Of a DNA stretch of 64,000 nt, positions 1 to 8,987 are shown in pieces. Source of the DNA: an uncultured Rhodospirillales bacterium (GTDB lineage: Bacteria; Pseudomonadota; Alphaproteobacteria; RF32; CAG-239); NCBI GenBank assembly GCA_902761715.1, contig CACWLK010000003.1:21498-85497 (forward strand), read 5' to 3'. Below the pieces are notes generated by a model. That model had not been told where the DNA came from. It did no database searches and saw only the letters and a list, made by a program, of their open reading frames with translations. Every line of letters starts with the position of its first letter. Within the stretch, counting starts at the first letter, position 1. A program made the translations under genes and the position numbers.

Positions 1-2499
1 ATGGCAATCTGCTTATATCTGATTTATGTTTTTACCAATCACTATCCCACACCGTCAGCACAAATATCCTTTACCGAATTCTTTTCTCAGCCGCATGCTT
101 TTGGTTTGAGCGCCTCCCTGTTTATGTTAGCTTTTTTCGGCGGCTTATACATTATTCCGCTTAACGCTTTAATGCAGTCGCGTGCCCCAAAAGCCTATGT
201 TGCTACGGTAATCGCCGGCAACAATATTCTTAATGCTTTGGGAATGGCTTTGATTGCAATATTTGCTACACTGTTTTTATCAATGGGACTGGGATTATCC
301 AACTTGTTTTTGTGCATGGCAATCATCAGCACAATCGTTGCGTTTTTTATATGCAAACTTTTACCGGAAGCGCTACCTCGTTCACTGGTGCAAAGTCTTT
401 TGAGCTTTTTCTTTCACAGCAAGGTGCGTGGTCTTAACAATTTCCGCAAGGCCGGCAAAAGAGTTTTGATTGTAGCCAACCATGTTTCTCTGCTTGACGG
501 CATACTTATTGCTGCCTTTATGCCCGAACGCATAACCTTTGCCATCAACACTACCTGGGCCAACAAATGGTTTATGCCGATTGCCCGATTATTGGTCGAC
601 TTTTATGCCATAGATCCGCGTAACCCTATGTCATTGCGTAATTTAATTGACGAACTTAAGAAAAACAAAAAGATAATGATTTTTCCCGAAGGACGCATTA
701 CCGTTACCGGCTCGATGATGAAAGTTTATGAAGGAGCCGGCGTCATTGCCCAAAAAGCCGGCGCCAAAATTCTGCCTGTTCGCATTAACGGTGCGCAATA
801 TTCAAAATTTTCATATCTTAAAAACAAGATTCGCACCCGTTGGTTCCCCAAAATAAAACTTGAGATTTTGCCTCCGCAAAAATTTGAAATTGATACAAAT
901 GTTTCTCGTCGCCAATATCGTCATTTGGTCTCGCAAAAGCTGTATGACATAATGGCTTCTATGATTTATCATACTTCAAAAATCAATCAAAACATCTTTA
1001 ATTCGTTGCTTGATATACAACACATTTATGGTTCAAAGCACGTTCTGGCTGAAGACGTTAACCGCAAACCTCAGAGTTGCAAATCGTTTATTTTGAAGAG
1101 CTACATCTTGGGCGCAGCTTATCGTAAGCACTTTGCCAAGCAGGACAAGATAGGGCTTATGCTTCCCAATGTTTTGGCCAATATTATCAGCTTTTTTGCA
1201 TTGCAATATGTTGATAAAACACCGGCCATGCTCAATTTTACCCTCGGCACAAAGCCGTTTTTGGCCTCACTTAAAGCCATCAACTTAAAAACCGTGGTTA
1301 CTTCACATGCATTTATTGAACAAGCCAAACTTTTACGCCTTGAACAGGCAATGATTGAGTCCGGCATCAACATGGTTTATTTGGAAGATTTTGCCCATCA
1401 AATCAGTCTGTTTACCAAGTTACAAGGGGTTAAAGAATATTTGCAACACCGCCGTCCGCATAAAAAAGCGGATAAAACTGCCGTAATTTTGTTTACCTCC
1501 GGTTCAGAGGGAACCCCGAAAGCGGTTTTTCTGTCTCACCGCAATTTACAAGCCAATCGCTATCAAATTGCCAGTATTATTCCGTTTAATTCGAGCGATA
1601 AGGTTTTCAACGCTCTGCCTATGTTCCACTCATTTGGCCTGAGTGTTGGCACGTTGTTGCCGCTTTTGTTTGGTGTAAAAACATTTTTCTATCCATCACC
1701 GCTTCATTACCGCATTGTCCCCGAATTATGTTATGATACTGTTTCAACCGTAATTTTCGGCACGGATACTTTCTTTGCTGGCTATGGCAAAATGGCTAAC
1801 CCATATGACTTTTTTGCCCTAAAATATGCGGTTATCGGCGGAGAAAAGTTGAAACCGACCACTGCCGATTTATGGATGAAAAAGTTCGGTGTCCGTATTT
1901 TGGAAGGCTATGGTGCTACCGAAACATCACCGGTTTTGAGCCTCAATACCCCCATGCACTACCGTGAGGGTAGTGTAGGGCGCTTTGTTCCCGGCATTGA
2001 ATATAAACTGGCAAAAGTTGCCGGTGTTGACAACGGTGGGGAACTGTTGGTCAAAGGCGACAACATAATGCAAGGGTATATGAAAGCCGACCGCCCCGAT
2101 GTTTTGCAACCGCTCGGCAATGGCTGGTACGATACCGGAGACATTGTGAGCATTGATAGCGATGGTTATATCTTTATCCAGGGGCGGGCAAAACGCTTTG
2201 CCAAAATCGGAGGAGAAATGGTTTCTCTGACCGCCGTAGAAGAAGCTTTAGACCGCCTGTATCCGCAGTCAACTCAAGGTATTTTGACTGTAACTGATGA
2301 GAAAAAAGGCGAACAGTTGGTATTGATAACCGACCGTGATGACGCAGACATTACAACCATCAGAGAACATTTTAAAAAAGAGGGATTAAGCGAACTTTGG
2401 ATGCCTAAAAAGGTCATCTATGTTGCCAAACCGCCGGTTCTCGGTAGCGGAAAATTTGACTACATTGCCGCTGCCGCTCTGCTTGAAGGCAAAGATTAG
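1..2499 (+). CDS. aas: Lysophospholipid transporter (MFS, C-terminal part) fused to 2-acylglycerophosphoethanolamine acyltransferase / acyl-ACP synthetase (LplT-Aas type); 5' end cut by window edge
   Basis: ORF is open to the window start. aa 1-125 are hydrophobic MFS-like helices. PlsC acyltransferase HX4D motif NHVSLLD is present. Adenylate-forming motifs LFTSGSEGTPKAV and GYGATE are present. Confidence 0.85.
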   Translation: MAICLYLIYVFTNHYPTPSAQISFTEFFSQPHAFGLSASLFMLAFFGGLYIIPLNALMQSRAPKAYVATVIAGNNILNALGMALIAIFATLFLSMGLGLSNLFLCMAIISTIVAFFICKLLPEALPRSLVQSLLSFFFHSKVRGLNNFRKAGKRVLIVANHVSLLDGILIAAFMPERITFAINTTWANKWFMPIARLLVDFYAIDPRNPMSLRNLIDELKKNKKIMIFPEGRITVTGSMMKVYEGAGVIAQKAGAKILPVRINGAQYSKFSYLKNKIRTRWFPKIKLEILPPQKFEIDTNVSRRQYRHLVSQKLYDIMASMIYHTSKINQNIFNSLLDIQHIYGSKHVLAEDVNRKPQSCKSFILKSYILGAAYRKHFAKQDKIGLMLPNVLANIISFFALQYVDKTPAMLNFTLGTKPFLASLKAINLKTVVTSHAFIEQAKLLRLEQAMIESGINMVYLEDFAHQISLFTKLQGVKEYLQHRRPHKKADKTAVILFTSGSEGTPKAVFLSHRNLQANRYQIASIIPFNSSDKVFNALPMFHSFGLSVGTLLPLLFGVKTFFYPSPLHYRIVPELCYDTVSTVIFGTDTFFAGYGKMANPYDFFALKYAVIGGEKLKPTTADLWMKKFGVRILEGYGATETSPVLSLNTPMHYREGSVGRFVPGIEYKLAKVAGVDNGGELLVKGDNIMQGYMKADRPDVLQPLGNGWYDTGDIVSIDSDGYIFIQGRAKRFAKIGGEMVSLTAVEEALDRLYPQSTQGILTVTDEKKGEQLVLITDRDDADITTIREHFKKEGLSELWMPKKVIYVAKPPVLGSGKFDYIAAAALLEGKD

Positions 2500-4410
2500 T
2501 TATTCTCCCTGTTCGGCCGGAACTTCTTCTTTTTCACCATTAAGGTTATCAAGGAACTGGTGTTCAATTTTAAGATATTGCTTAAACAGCCAGCTTGACT
2601 GGGTTAAAAGCACAATCGACCCGATTGCCAAAGCCCAGGTAACTTTTGCATTCTCGGTTAAAAATTGGTGTACCACGGTAGAAATAATAAACAGCACCAC
2701 CAGCAACCTGAAACTTGTCATTAAAATTAACGGCAATCGATTGATTTTCTTAGCATTCCATAATTTATAATATACCGCAGACGCTTTATGATTCGAAATA
2801 AAGAAACTCTTGTCGGACAAAGCCTGAAGATACAGATTGCTTACTTTTATTGCGTTACTGACAATCCGTTTAGGCAGACTTTTTGTGGTGTTTGTTTCGC
2901 CCTTATTTTTTCTTCTCCGCTCCATAACTTCAACGATTTTATCTTTGACTACCGGCGGCACAATGGTTCTCCAACCGATCAAAGCCTTAAGGAACGGCGA
3001 CATCATCAGCAGCGTTATTGCTGTAACCACAATTCTTGCCGCCAGATTAGGCAAAATCTTATGGACATATGGTTTAACAAAATAGTTTGCCAAACCGAAA
3101 ATAGTCAAAGAAATCATTGTCAACAAGACCAAGCGTATAAAATAGTTCTTAAACAGCAACTTCCAGCGTTGCTCTTCAATTTTTGTTTCCTGCGCAATTG
3201 CTGTATTTTCAATTCGTTTCAAAATTGCATCCGGTAGAATTTTTTGCACGTATTTATAAGCCGGATCAGCGGCTTTAATCATCATCGGCGTCAAAAACGT
3301 GGTAATGACCGACACCGCCACAATAATCGGATAAACCTGCGGGCTCAGAACTTTAATGCTCATGCCGAGGCTTGCAATAATAAATGCAAACTCACCGACC
3401 TGCGCTAACGAGAAACCGCCATGCATTGCTGTCTTTAAGGTTTCTCCCGAGAACAAAAATCCCAGACACGAAAAAAACACCATACCGACAACAACAATCA
3501 GCGTAATTACCAAAATAGGACCGGCATATTTTACAAACATTGACGGATCAACCATCATTCCGACCGACACAAAGAAAACTACCCCGAAAAAGTCTTTTAG
3601 CGGTTTAATATTTTTTTCAATCCTGTCAATAATCGGTGTTTCAGCCAAAATTGATCCCATCAAAAACGCTCCCAATGCCGCCGAAAAACCCGAAGCGGTT
3701 GCCATAAGCACCATACCGAAACACAGGCAGATAGAAATCAAAAGTAACATCTCGTCATTCAAAAACGAAGCAATCTTTTTCAAAAAGCTTGGTACCAAAT
3801 AAATCCCGATAACAAAACACAGTACTAGGAAAAAAGCTAACTTTGCAATACTTTGTGCCAACTCTTTTCCGTTTATGGTACTACTCAAAGCAATTGTCGG
3901 TAACAAAACCAGCATTAAAATGCCCATAATATCTTCAACCACCAGAACCCCGAACACCAAATCCGTAAATTTTTGCTTGCGAATGTTCAAATCCTCGAAA
4001 GCCTTGATAATAATGGTGGTTGATGACATAGAAATCATGCTTCCCAAAAAGAAACTGTCCATTATCGACCAGCCCAACAACAAACCGGTGTTATATCCCA
4101 AAAACAACATAAACAAAATGTTTGTATTTGCGGTAATCAATGCAGATTTACCGACATTCATCATTTTTTTGAAACTGAACTCCAGTCCCAATCCGAAAAG
4201 CAGGAAAATCACTCCGATATCGGCCCAAACCTCAAGGTTAGCCCGGTCGGTTACCGTTGGTACCAGACTAAAATAAGGACCGGCAAAAATACCTGCCAAC
4301 ACATAACCCAAGACTGTCGGCTGTTTTAATTTCTTAAAAATCAGAGTGGTAATACCGGCATAAATTGTAATTAAGGTCAAATCCAAAATGAGCGAATTGA
4401 TTGAATGCAT
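2500..4410 (-). CDS. Cation:proton antiporter, CPA2 (Kef/YbaL-like) family with an extra C-terminal membrane domain
   Basis: 636-aa polytopic ORF with N-terminus LGYVLAGIFAGPYF and many TM helices typical of the Na+/H+ exchanger fold. No RCK/Rossmann motif is seen in the C-terminal third. Convergent with aas; the two stop codons abut. Confidence 0.8.
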   Translation of the reverse strand: MHSINSLILDLTLITIYAGITTLIFKKLKQPTVLGYVLAGIFAGPYFSLVPTVTDRANLEVWADIGVIFLLFGLGLEFSFKKMMNVGKSALITANTNILFMLFLGYNTGLLLGWSIMDSFFLGSMISMSSTTIIIKAFEDLNIRKQKFTDLVFGVLVVEDIMGILMLVLLPTIALSSTINGKELAQSIAKLAFFLVLCFVIGIYLVPSFLKKIASFLNDEMLLLISICLCFGMVLMATASGFSAALGAFLMGSILAETPIIDRIEKNIKPLKDFFGVVFFVSVGMMVDPSMFVKYAGPILVITLIVVVGMVFFSCLGFLFSGETLKTAMHGGFSLAQVGEFAFIIASLGMSIKVLSPQVYPIIVAVSVITTFLTPMMIKAADPAYKYVQKILPDAILKRIENTAIAQETKIEEQRWKLLFKNYFIRLVLLTMISLTIFGLANYFVKPYVHKILPNLAARIVVTAITLLMMSPFLKALIGWRTIVPPVVKDKIVEVMERRRKNKGETNTTKSLPKRIVSNAIKVSNLYLQALSDKSFFISNHKASAVYYKLWNAKKINRLPLILMTSFRLLVVLFIISTVVHQFLTENAKVTWALAIGSIVLLTQSSWLFKQYLKIEHQFLDNLNGEKEEVPAEQGE

Positions 4411-4495
4411 TTTTAATGTCCTTATTTATTGTTGTGCCAGATATTATAAGTCCTCAAAGGTTAAGATAATTATAAAAATTATTTTTAAATACGAC

Positions 4496-4733
4496 AAAAC
4501 CCTCCGCAAGGGAGGGCTTTATTATAAATGGCGGATAGAGAGGGATTGTCCGCGACATTGCTAACGCAATGCTTGTTCCACTGCGCTCATCGGCAGAGCC
4601 GACCGGCGTACTTCCGTCCGCCTTTCGCTTGTAGTCGAACCCTCTTTTTCGAGGGTTCAAATCCCTTTTGCATTTATACAACAAAACCCTCCGCTTGGGA
4701 GGGCTTATTGTAAATGGCGGATAGAGAGGGATT
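4496..4733. repeat. Direct duplication (two ~52-nt copies, 187 nt apart) of 'terminator hairpin + last 19 nt of tRNA-Ser'
   Basis: Copy 1 (4496-4547): AAAACCCTCCGCAAGGGAGGGCTTTATTATAAATGGCGGATAGAGAGGGATT. Copy 2 (4683-4733): AAAACCCTCCGCTTGGGAGGGCTTATTGTAAATGGCGGATAGAGAGGGATT. Only the second copy continues into a complete tRNA. Confidence 0.85.
4683..4704 (-). terminator. Rho-independent terminator downstream of tRNA-Ser
   Basis: On the minus strand: CCCTCC-CAAGC-GGAGGG stem-loop followed by TTTTGT, 10 nt after the tRNA 3' end. Confidence 0.6.
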
Positions 4734-4805
4734 CGAACCCTCGGTACGCTTTAGACGTACACACGATTTCCAATCGTGCGCCTTCGACCACTCGGCCATC
4801 TATCC
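4715..4805 (-). tRNA. tRNA-Ser (anticodon GGA), 91 nt, long variable arm, encoded CCA
   Basis: Reverse complement is GGATAGATGGCCGAGTGGTCGAAGGCGCACGATTGGAAATCGTGTGTACGTCTAAAGCGTACCGAGGGTTCGAATCCCTCTCTATCCGCCA. It shows a 7-bp acceptor stem, anticodon loop TTGGAAA, T-arm GAGGG-TTCGAAT-CCCTC and a long extra arm. Confidence 0.9.
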
Positions 4806-4863
4806 AAAACGCTTATTGTTTAGCGTTTTTTATTTTAATTGGCAAGAATTATTTTAAAATCAA

Positions 4864-4889
4864 CAGAGCCGCCCTCACGGACGGCTCTG
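4864..4889 (-). terminator. Probable terminator hairpin after rpsA
   Basis: CAGAGCCG...CGGCTCTG 8-bp stem, 25 nt downstream of the rpsA stop. The following minus-strand sequence TTGATTTT is T-rich. Confidence 0.5.
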
Positions 4890-4913
4890 CCAAAATCAAA
4901 CAATCAAATCTGA

Positions 4914-6590
4914 TTATTTCTTTTTCAAAGCTTCGCCCAAAGCATCGCCAAGGGTAGAGCCTGAAGTTGTGTTGGAATATTCTTCCAACGCCTTCTTCTC
5001 TTCTTCAATTTCCAATGCTTTGATTGACAAAGTCAGCTTGCCTTTTTTCTTATCAACGGTGCTGACTTTAGCTTCAACAACATCACCGGCTTTGAATTTG
5101 TTCAAATCCTGACCGGCTTTGTCTTTTGCCAAATCGGCTTTTTTGATTGTTGCGGCAACGCCGTCAACTTCAACGTTCAATACATCATCGGCAGCATCAA
5201 CAACGGTGGCTTTAACATTGTCACCCTTTTTGAAGTTATCCAATGCTGTAGCATTAGCGTTTTCGGTCAACTGTTTAATGCCGAGGCTGATACGCTCTTT
5301 TTCAACATCAACGTCGATAATTTTGGCTTGAATTTCCTGACCTTTGGTGTAGTCCTTAACGGCCTCTTCACCGGCTTTGTCCCAAGAAATATCAGACAAA
5401 TGAATCATACCGTCGATTTCGTCGTTCAAACCGATGAACAAACCAAATTCGGTAATATTTTTGATTTTGCCTTCAATAACTGAACCGACCGGATGCTCTT
5501 CAACATAAGCAGCCCAAGGGTTAGGAGTGCATTGTTTGATACCGAGGCTGATTCTTCTCTTTTCAGGATCAACTTCCAAAACCTTAACTTCAACTTCTTG
5601 AGAAGTAGAAACGATTTTGCCCGGATGAACGTTTTTACGAGTCCAGCTCATTTCAGAAACGTGAACCAAACCTTCGATTCCGTCTTCTAATTCAACAAAT
5701 GCACCATAATCGGTAATATTTGTAACTTTACCTTTGCATACATCACCGACATGGAATCTTTCTTCAACGTTTTGCCATGGGTCGTTTTCCAATTGTTTCA
5801 TACCCAAGCTGATGCGTTGGTTGTCTTCGTTAAATTTAATAACCTGAACTTTAACGGTTTGACCAACTGACAAAACTTCTGCCGGATGATTAATACGCTT
5901 CCATGAAATATCGGTAACGTGCAACAAGCCGTCAACACCGCCCAAATCAATGAATGCACCGTAATCGGTAACGTTTTTAACAACGCCCTCGAGAACAGAG
6001 CCTTCTTTAATAGCGTCGATAAGTTCGGCGCGAGATTCGGCACGAGTTTCTTCCAAAACAACACGGCGAGAAACAACGATATTGCCTCTAACCTTGTCCA
6101 TTTTCAAAATTTGGAACGGCTGAGAAATTCCCATCAACGGAGAAATATCGCGGATCGGACGGATATCAATTTGAGACCCCGGCAAGAAAGCGATAGCACC
6201 GTTCAAATCAACGGTAAAGCCGCCTTTAACACGACCAAAGATAACACCGTTGATACGTTCGCCGGCGTTCATAGCTTTTTCCAGATCTTGCCAAGCTTCT
6301 TCACGACGAGCTTTTTCACGAGACAATACAACGTTTCCGTCTCTGTCTTCATAGCGATCAACATAAACTTCGACAACATCGCCGACGTTTAATTCCGGAT
6401 TTTGACCAAATTCACGCAGAGGAATACGTCCTTCAGACTTCAACCCTACATCAACCATAACAAAGTCAGGAGTAATTTTGACAATAGTGCCTTTTACTAC
6501 TGAACCGGCAAAATGTTGGTCGCCCATTTGCTCATTGAGCAAGTCGGCAAATACTTCTTTTGTTTCTGGAACTTGAAATTCTGTATTCAT
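4914..6590 (-). CDS. rpsA: 30S ribosomal protein S1
   Basis: Six tandem S1/OB repeats (e.g. GTIVKITPDFVMVDVGLKSEGRIPLREF, GVVKNVTDYGAFIDLGGVDGLLHVTDISW) and conserved cmk-rpsA synteny. Start placed at MNTEFQ (6590); the ORF track allows 6617. Confidence 0.95.
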   Translation of the reverse strand: MNTEFQVPETKEVFADLLNEQMGDQHFAGSVVKGTIVKITPDFVMVDVGLKSEGRIPLREFGQNPELNVGDVVEVYVDRYEDRDGNVVLSREKARREEAWQDLEKAMNAGERINGVIFGRVKGGFTVDLNGAIAFLPGSQIDIRPIRDISPLMGISQPFQILKMDKVRGNIVVSRRVVLEETRAESRAELIDAIKEGSVLEGVVKNVTDYGAFIDLGGVDGLLHVTDISWKRINHPAEVLSVGQTVKVQVIKFNEDNQRISLGMKQLENDPWQNVEERFHVGDVCKGKVTNITDYGAFVELEDGIEGLVHVSEMSWTRKNVHPGKIVSTSQEVEVKVLEVDPEKRRISLGIKQCTPNPWAAYVEEHPVGSVIEGKIKNITEFGLFIGLNDEIDGMIHLSDISWDKAGEEAVKDYTKGQEIQAKIIDVDVEKERISLGIKQLTENANATALDNFKKGDNVKATVVDAADDVLNVEVDGVAATIKKADLAKDKAGQDLNKFKAGDVVEAKVSTVDKKKGKLTLSIKALEIEEEKKALEEYSNTTSGSTLGDALGEALKKK

Positions 6591-6778
6591 ATAAAAAATC
6601 AATTCAAAAAATGCCAACCCGAGAACTAAAAAAGGGTGGACTTGTGCGTGTTACAATCCTCAAAAAACAACGCACCGTGTTTTCAGAGTCAGGTCTTTTA
6701 TACACACAAATATTTATTTTTCAAGATTTTTTTGCAATTTAATTTAGTATTTCCAATCAGTGCATTTCAAAATGCAGT

Positions 6779-7438
6779 CTAAACAGCCGCTTGTTTTTTC
6801 TCGATTATTGCGCATACTTGGTTAAAAACCTCATCAATTGAAAGGTCTGATGTGTCAAAATGTATGGCATCTGCCGCCGGCTGGCTTCCGGCACGGGCAT
6901 AATCATTTTTGTCGCGTGCGATGGTTTGCTCAAGCACTTCTTCATAATTAGCGGCTTGTCCTTTTTCCTGATATTCCTTAAAACGTCGCATTGCCCGAAC
7001 TTCCGGTGAGGCAGTCACAAAAAACTTAATATCCGCATGCGGGCATATAACCGTTCCGGTATCACGCCCGTCATAAATCGCCCCGTCAGCCTTACTTCCG
7101 TCGGCAAAAACCGGATTATGCGAAAAATTTTGTTGCATTTGTAACAAAGCTTCTCTCACTTTTGGCATAGCTGCCACTGCCGACGCTGCTCGACTGCCGT
7201 TCAGTGAGCGAAATTCCGGATTTTTTGACAACTCCATCATTTTTGGAAAAGTTAAGTTTTCGGCAAAAGCTTCTGCTTTTTTATTATCGCTCAAATCATA
7301 TCCGTTGAGCAACATTTCCAACCCGACGGCACGATACACCATACCGGTATCAAAATATGCCAAATTATATTTTTTAGCCAAGCTGGCCGCCAGAGTCCCT
7401 TTACCTGCAGCAGCAGGTCCGTCGATAGTTATAATCAT
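6779..7438 (-). CDS. cmk: Cytidylate kinase
   Basis: P-loop IDGPAAAGKGT and the motif YFDTGMVYRA. 219 aa, located immediately upstream of rpsA. Confidence 0.95.
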   Translation of the reverse strand: MIITIDGPAAAGKGTLAASLAKKYNLAYFDTGMVYRAVGLEMLLNGYDLSDNKKAEAFAENLTFPKMMELSKNPEFRSLNGSRAASAVAAMPKVREALLQMQQNFSHNPVFADGSKADGAIYDGRDTGTVICPHADIKFFVTASPEVRAMRRFKEYQEKGQAANYEEVLEQTIARDKNDYARAGSQPAADAIHFDTSDLSIDEVFNQVCAIIEKKQAAV

Positions 7439-7544
7439 ATTTTTTGCCTGTAACTAAAACTTAACTAACCATGAGTTATAATAATTAGCATCAAAACTCA
7501 AGTTTATTGAGTCATTTATGCAGAATTTTGTTAGGGAGAGCCAC

Positions 7545-8282
7545 GTGCCGAAGACTTCAAAAATCCGTATTTACGCAGATGTTGATTTATCTGTCGATTC
7601 TGTTGCCGAATTGAATGCAGAACAGAGCCATTATCTGCTTACCGTAATGCGCTTACAGTCAGGTGACAAATTGCTGGTTTTTAATAATCGTGATGGAGAA
7701 TTTGACTGCACACTCACCCCAAAAAATAAAAAATCTGCTTTGCTTAAAATTAATAGCAAAACTCGTGATTTTGAATGCGTACCTGATATTTGGCTGATGT
7801 TTGCTCCGCTCAAAAAAGACCGCACAGATTTTGTTGTTGAAAAAGCCACCGAACTTGGTGCTTCTCGCATTGTTCCGGTCATTACACGCTTCACCATTTC
7901 GGACAAGATAAAGATAGAACGTTGGCAAGCTCAAACAATTGAAGCTGCTGAACAATCCCGCCGCGTTGATCTTCCTTTGATATCAGAGCCGATAGCCCTA
8001 AACAAACTTTTAACAAACTGGGATTCGAACCGTCAACTTTATTTTATGGATGAAACAGGAGCCGGAACTGACATTGCTTCCACCTTTGCAACGTCGCAAG
8101 CGCCTGCAGCCATACTTGTCGGTCCCGAAGGCGGTTTTAGTGAAGAAGAATTGGTCTTGCTGCGTTCAAAATCATACGCTCATTCAGTTAGTTTAGGCAA
8201 AAGGATTCTGCGTGCAGAGACAGCAGTAGTTGCAGCACTTTCATGTTTTCAGGCAATTTGTGGTGATTGGAAAAAGGAGTAA
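7545..8282 (+). CDS. rsmE: 16S rRNA (uracil1498-N3)-methyltransferase RsmE
   Basis: C-terminal SPOUT motifs ILVGPEGGFSEEE and LGKRILRAETA. GTG at 7545 is preceded by AGGGAGAG; an alternative ATG at 7518 has no SD. Confidence 0.85.
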   Translation: MPKTSKIRIYADVDLSVDSVAELNAEQSHYLLTVMRLQSGDKLLVFNNRDGEFDCTLTPKNKKSALLKINSKTRDFECVPDIWLMFAPLKKDRTDFVVEKATELGASRIVPVITRFTISDKIKIERWQAQTIEAAEQSRRVDLPLISEPIALNKLLTNWDSNRQLYFMDETGAGTDIASTFATSQAPAAILVGPEGGFSEEELVLLRSKSYAHSVSLGKRILRAETAVVAALSCFQAICGDWKKE

Positions 8283-8285
8283 ATT

Positions 8286-8987
8286 ATGGCAAAGCAAAAA
8301 ATTGTTCAAAATCCGGCCATCATTCCCCCTTATCAGCAGGAGTTTTACAGTCGTTTGTATGAGAGCAAACGTCTGACTAAACTTTTTGACCACCAATGGC
8401 TTCTAAATCTGCTGACATTCGGATACAGCCAAAAACTTGCAGATGCCTGCGCCGCAGAAGTCAAACCTCGGCAACAGGTTTTACAGCTCGGAGCAACTTT
8501 TGGCACCCAGCTGGGACAACTGGCATCAAAAATCGGGGTTTACGGCAGTCTTGACGTGGTCGATGTCAGCTTAACTCAGCTACGCTATATTCGCCTCAAA
8601 CACCGCTTTGCATATCCGTTTATGAATTTTATTAACCGTGATGCTACGGCTCCGTTCAGTGGTAAATATGATGTAATTATATGTTATATGCTACTCCACG
8701 AACTGCCTTTTCCGGCCAAGAGCAAGCTCATAAACCAAATCCTCAGCAACCTTGCCCCTGAGGGTAAAGCGGTGTTTATTGATTATAACAATGCGGTATG
8801 GTGGCACCCGTTAAAATGGTTGGTTAAAATGTTCAATCGGCTTTATCAGCCTTTTGCCGAAAGAATGTGGCAGACCGAAATCAAGGACTATGTTTCCAAC
8901 CGTCGCTCTTACGAATGGCATAAAACCACCTACTTTGGAAAAATGTACCAAAAAGTAGTTATAACTCGCAAGGGTAGCCTTTATTAA
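8286..8987 (+). CDS. Class I SAM-dependent methyltransferase-fold protein with atypical motif I (RquA-like?)
   Basis: 233 aa with GGAG SD. Motif I region reads VLQLGATFG instead of the usual (D/E)xGxGxG. Post-I acidic residue is VVDVS and motif II-like sequence is YDVIICYMLLHEL. Confidence 0.6.
   Translation: MAKQKIVQNPAIIPPYQQEFYSRLYESKRLTKLFDHQWLLNLLTFGYSQKLADACAAEVKPRQQVLQLGATFGTQLGQLASKIGVYGSLDVVDVSLTQLRYIRLKHRFAYPFMNFINRDATAPFSGKYDVIICYMLLHELPFPAKSKLINQILSNLAPEGKAVFIDYNNAVWWHPLKWLVKMFNRLYQPFAERMWQTEIKDYVSNRRSYEWHKTTYFGKMYQKVVITRKGSLY

Noticed and set aside
2420-2770. 116-aa plus-strand ORF spanning the aas stop and the 3' end of the antiporter gene.
   Set aside because: It overlaps two convergent, well-supported genes, and I recognised no motifs in it.
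4549-4682. Possible second tRNA, tmRNA piece or other structured RNA between the two tRNA-Ser 3'-end copies (a T-arm-like GAGGGTTCAAATCCC on the plus strand).
   Set aside because: I could not fold a cloverleaf: there is no D-arm, no matching acceptor stem and no CCA. No alphaproteobacterial tag-peptide-like reading frame is present. It is better explained as tRNA-derived debris. It is kept only as part of the repeat finding.
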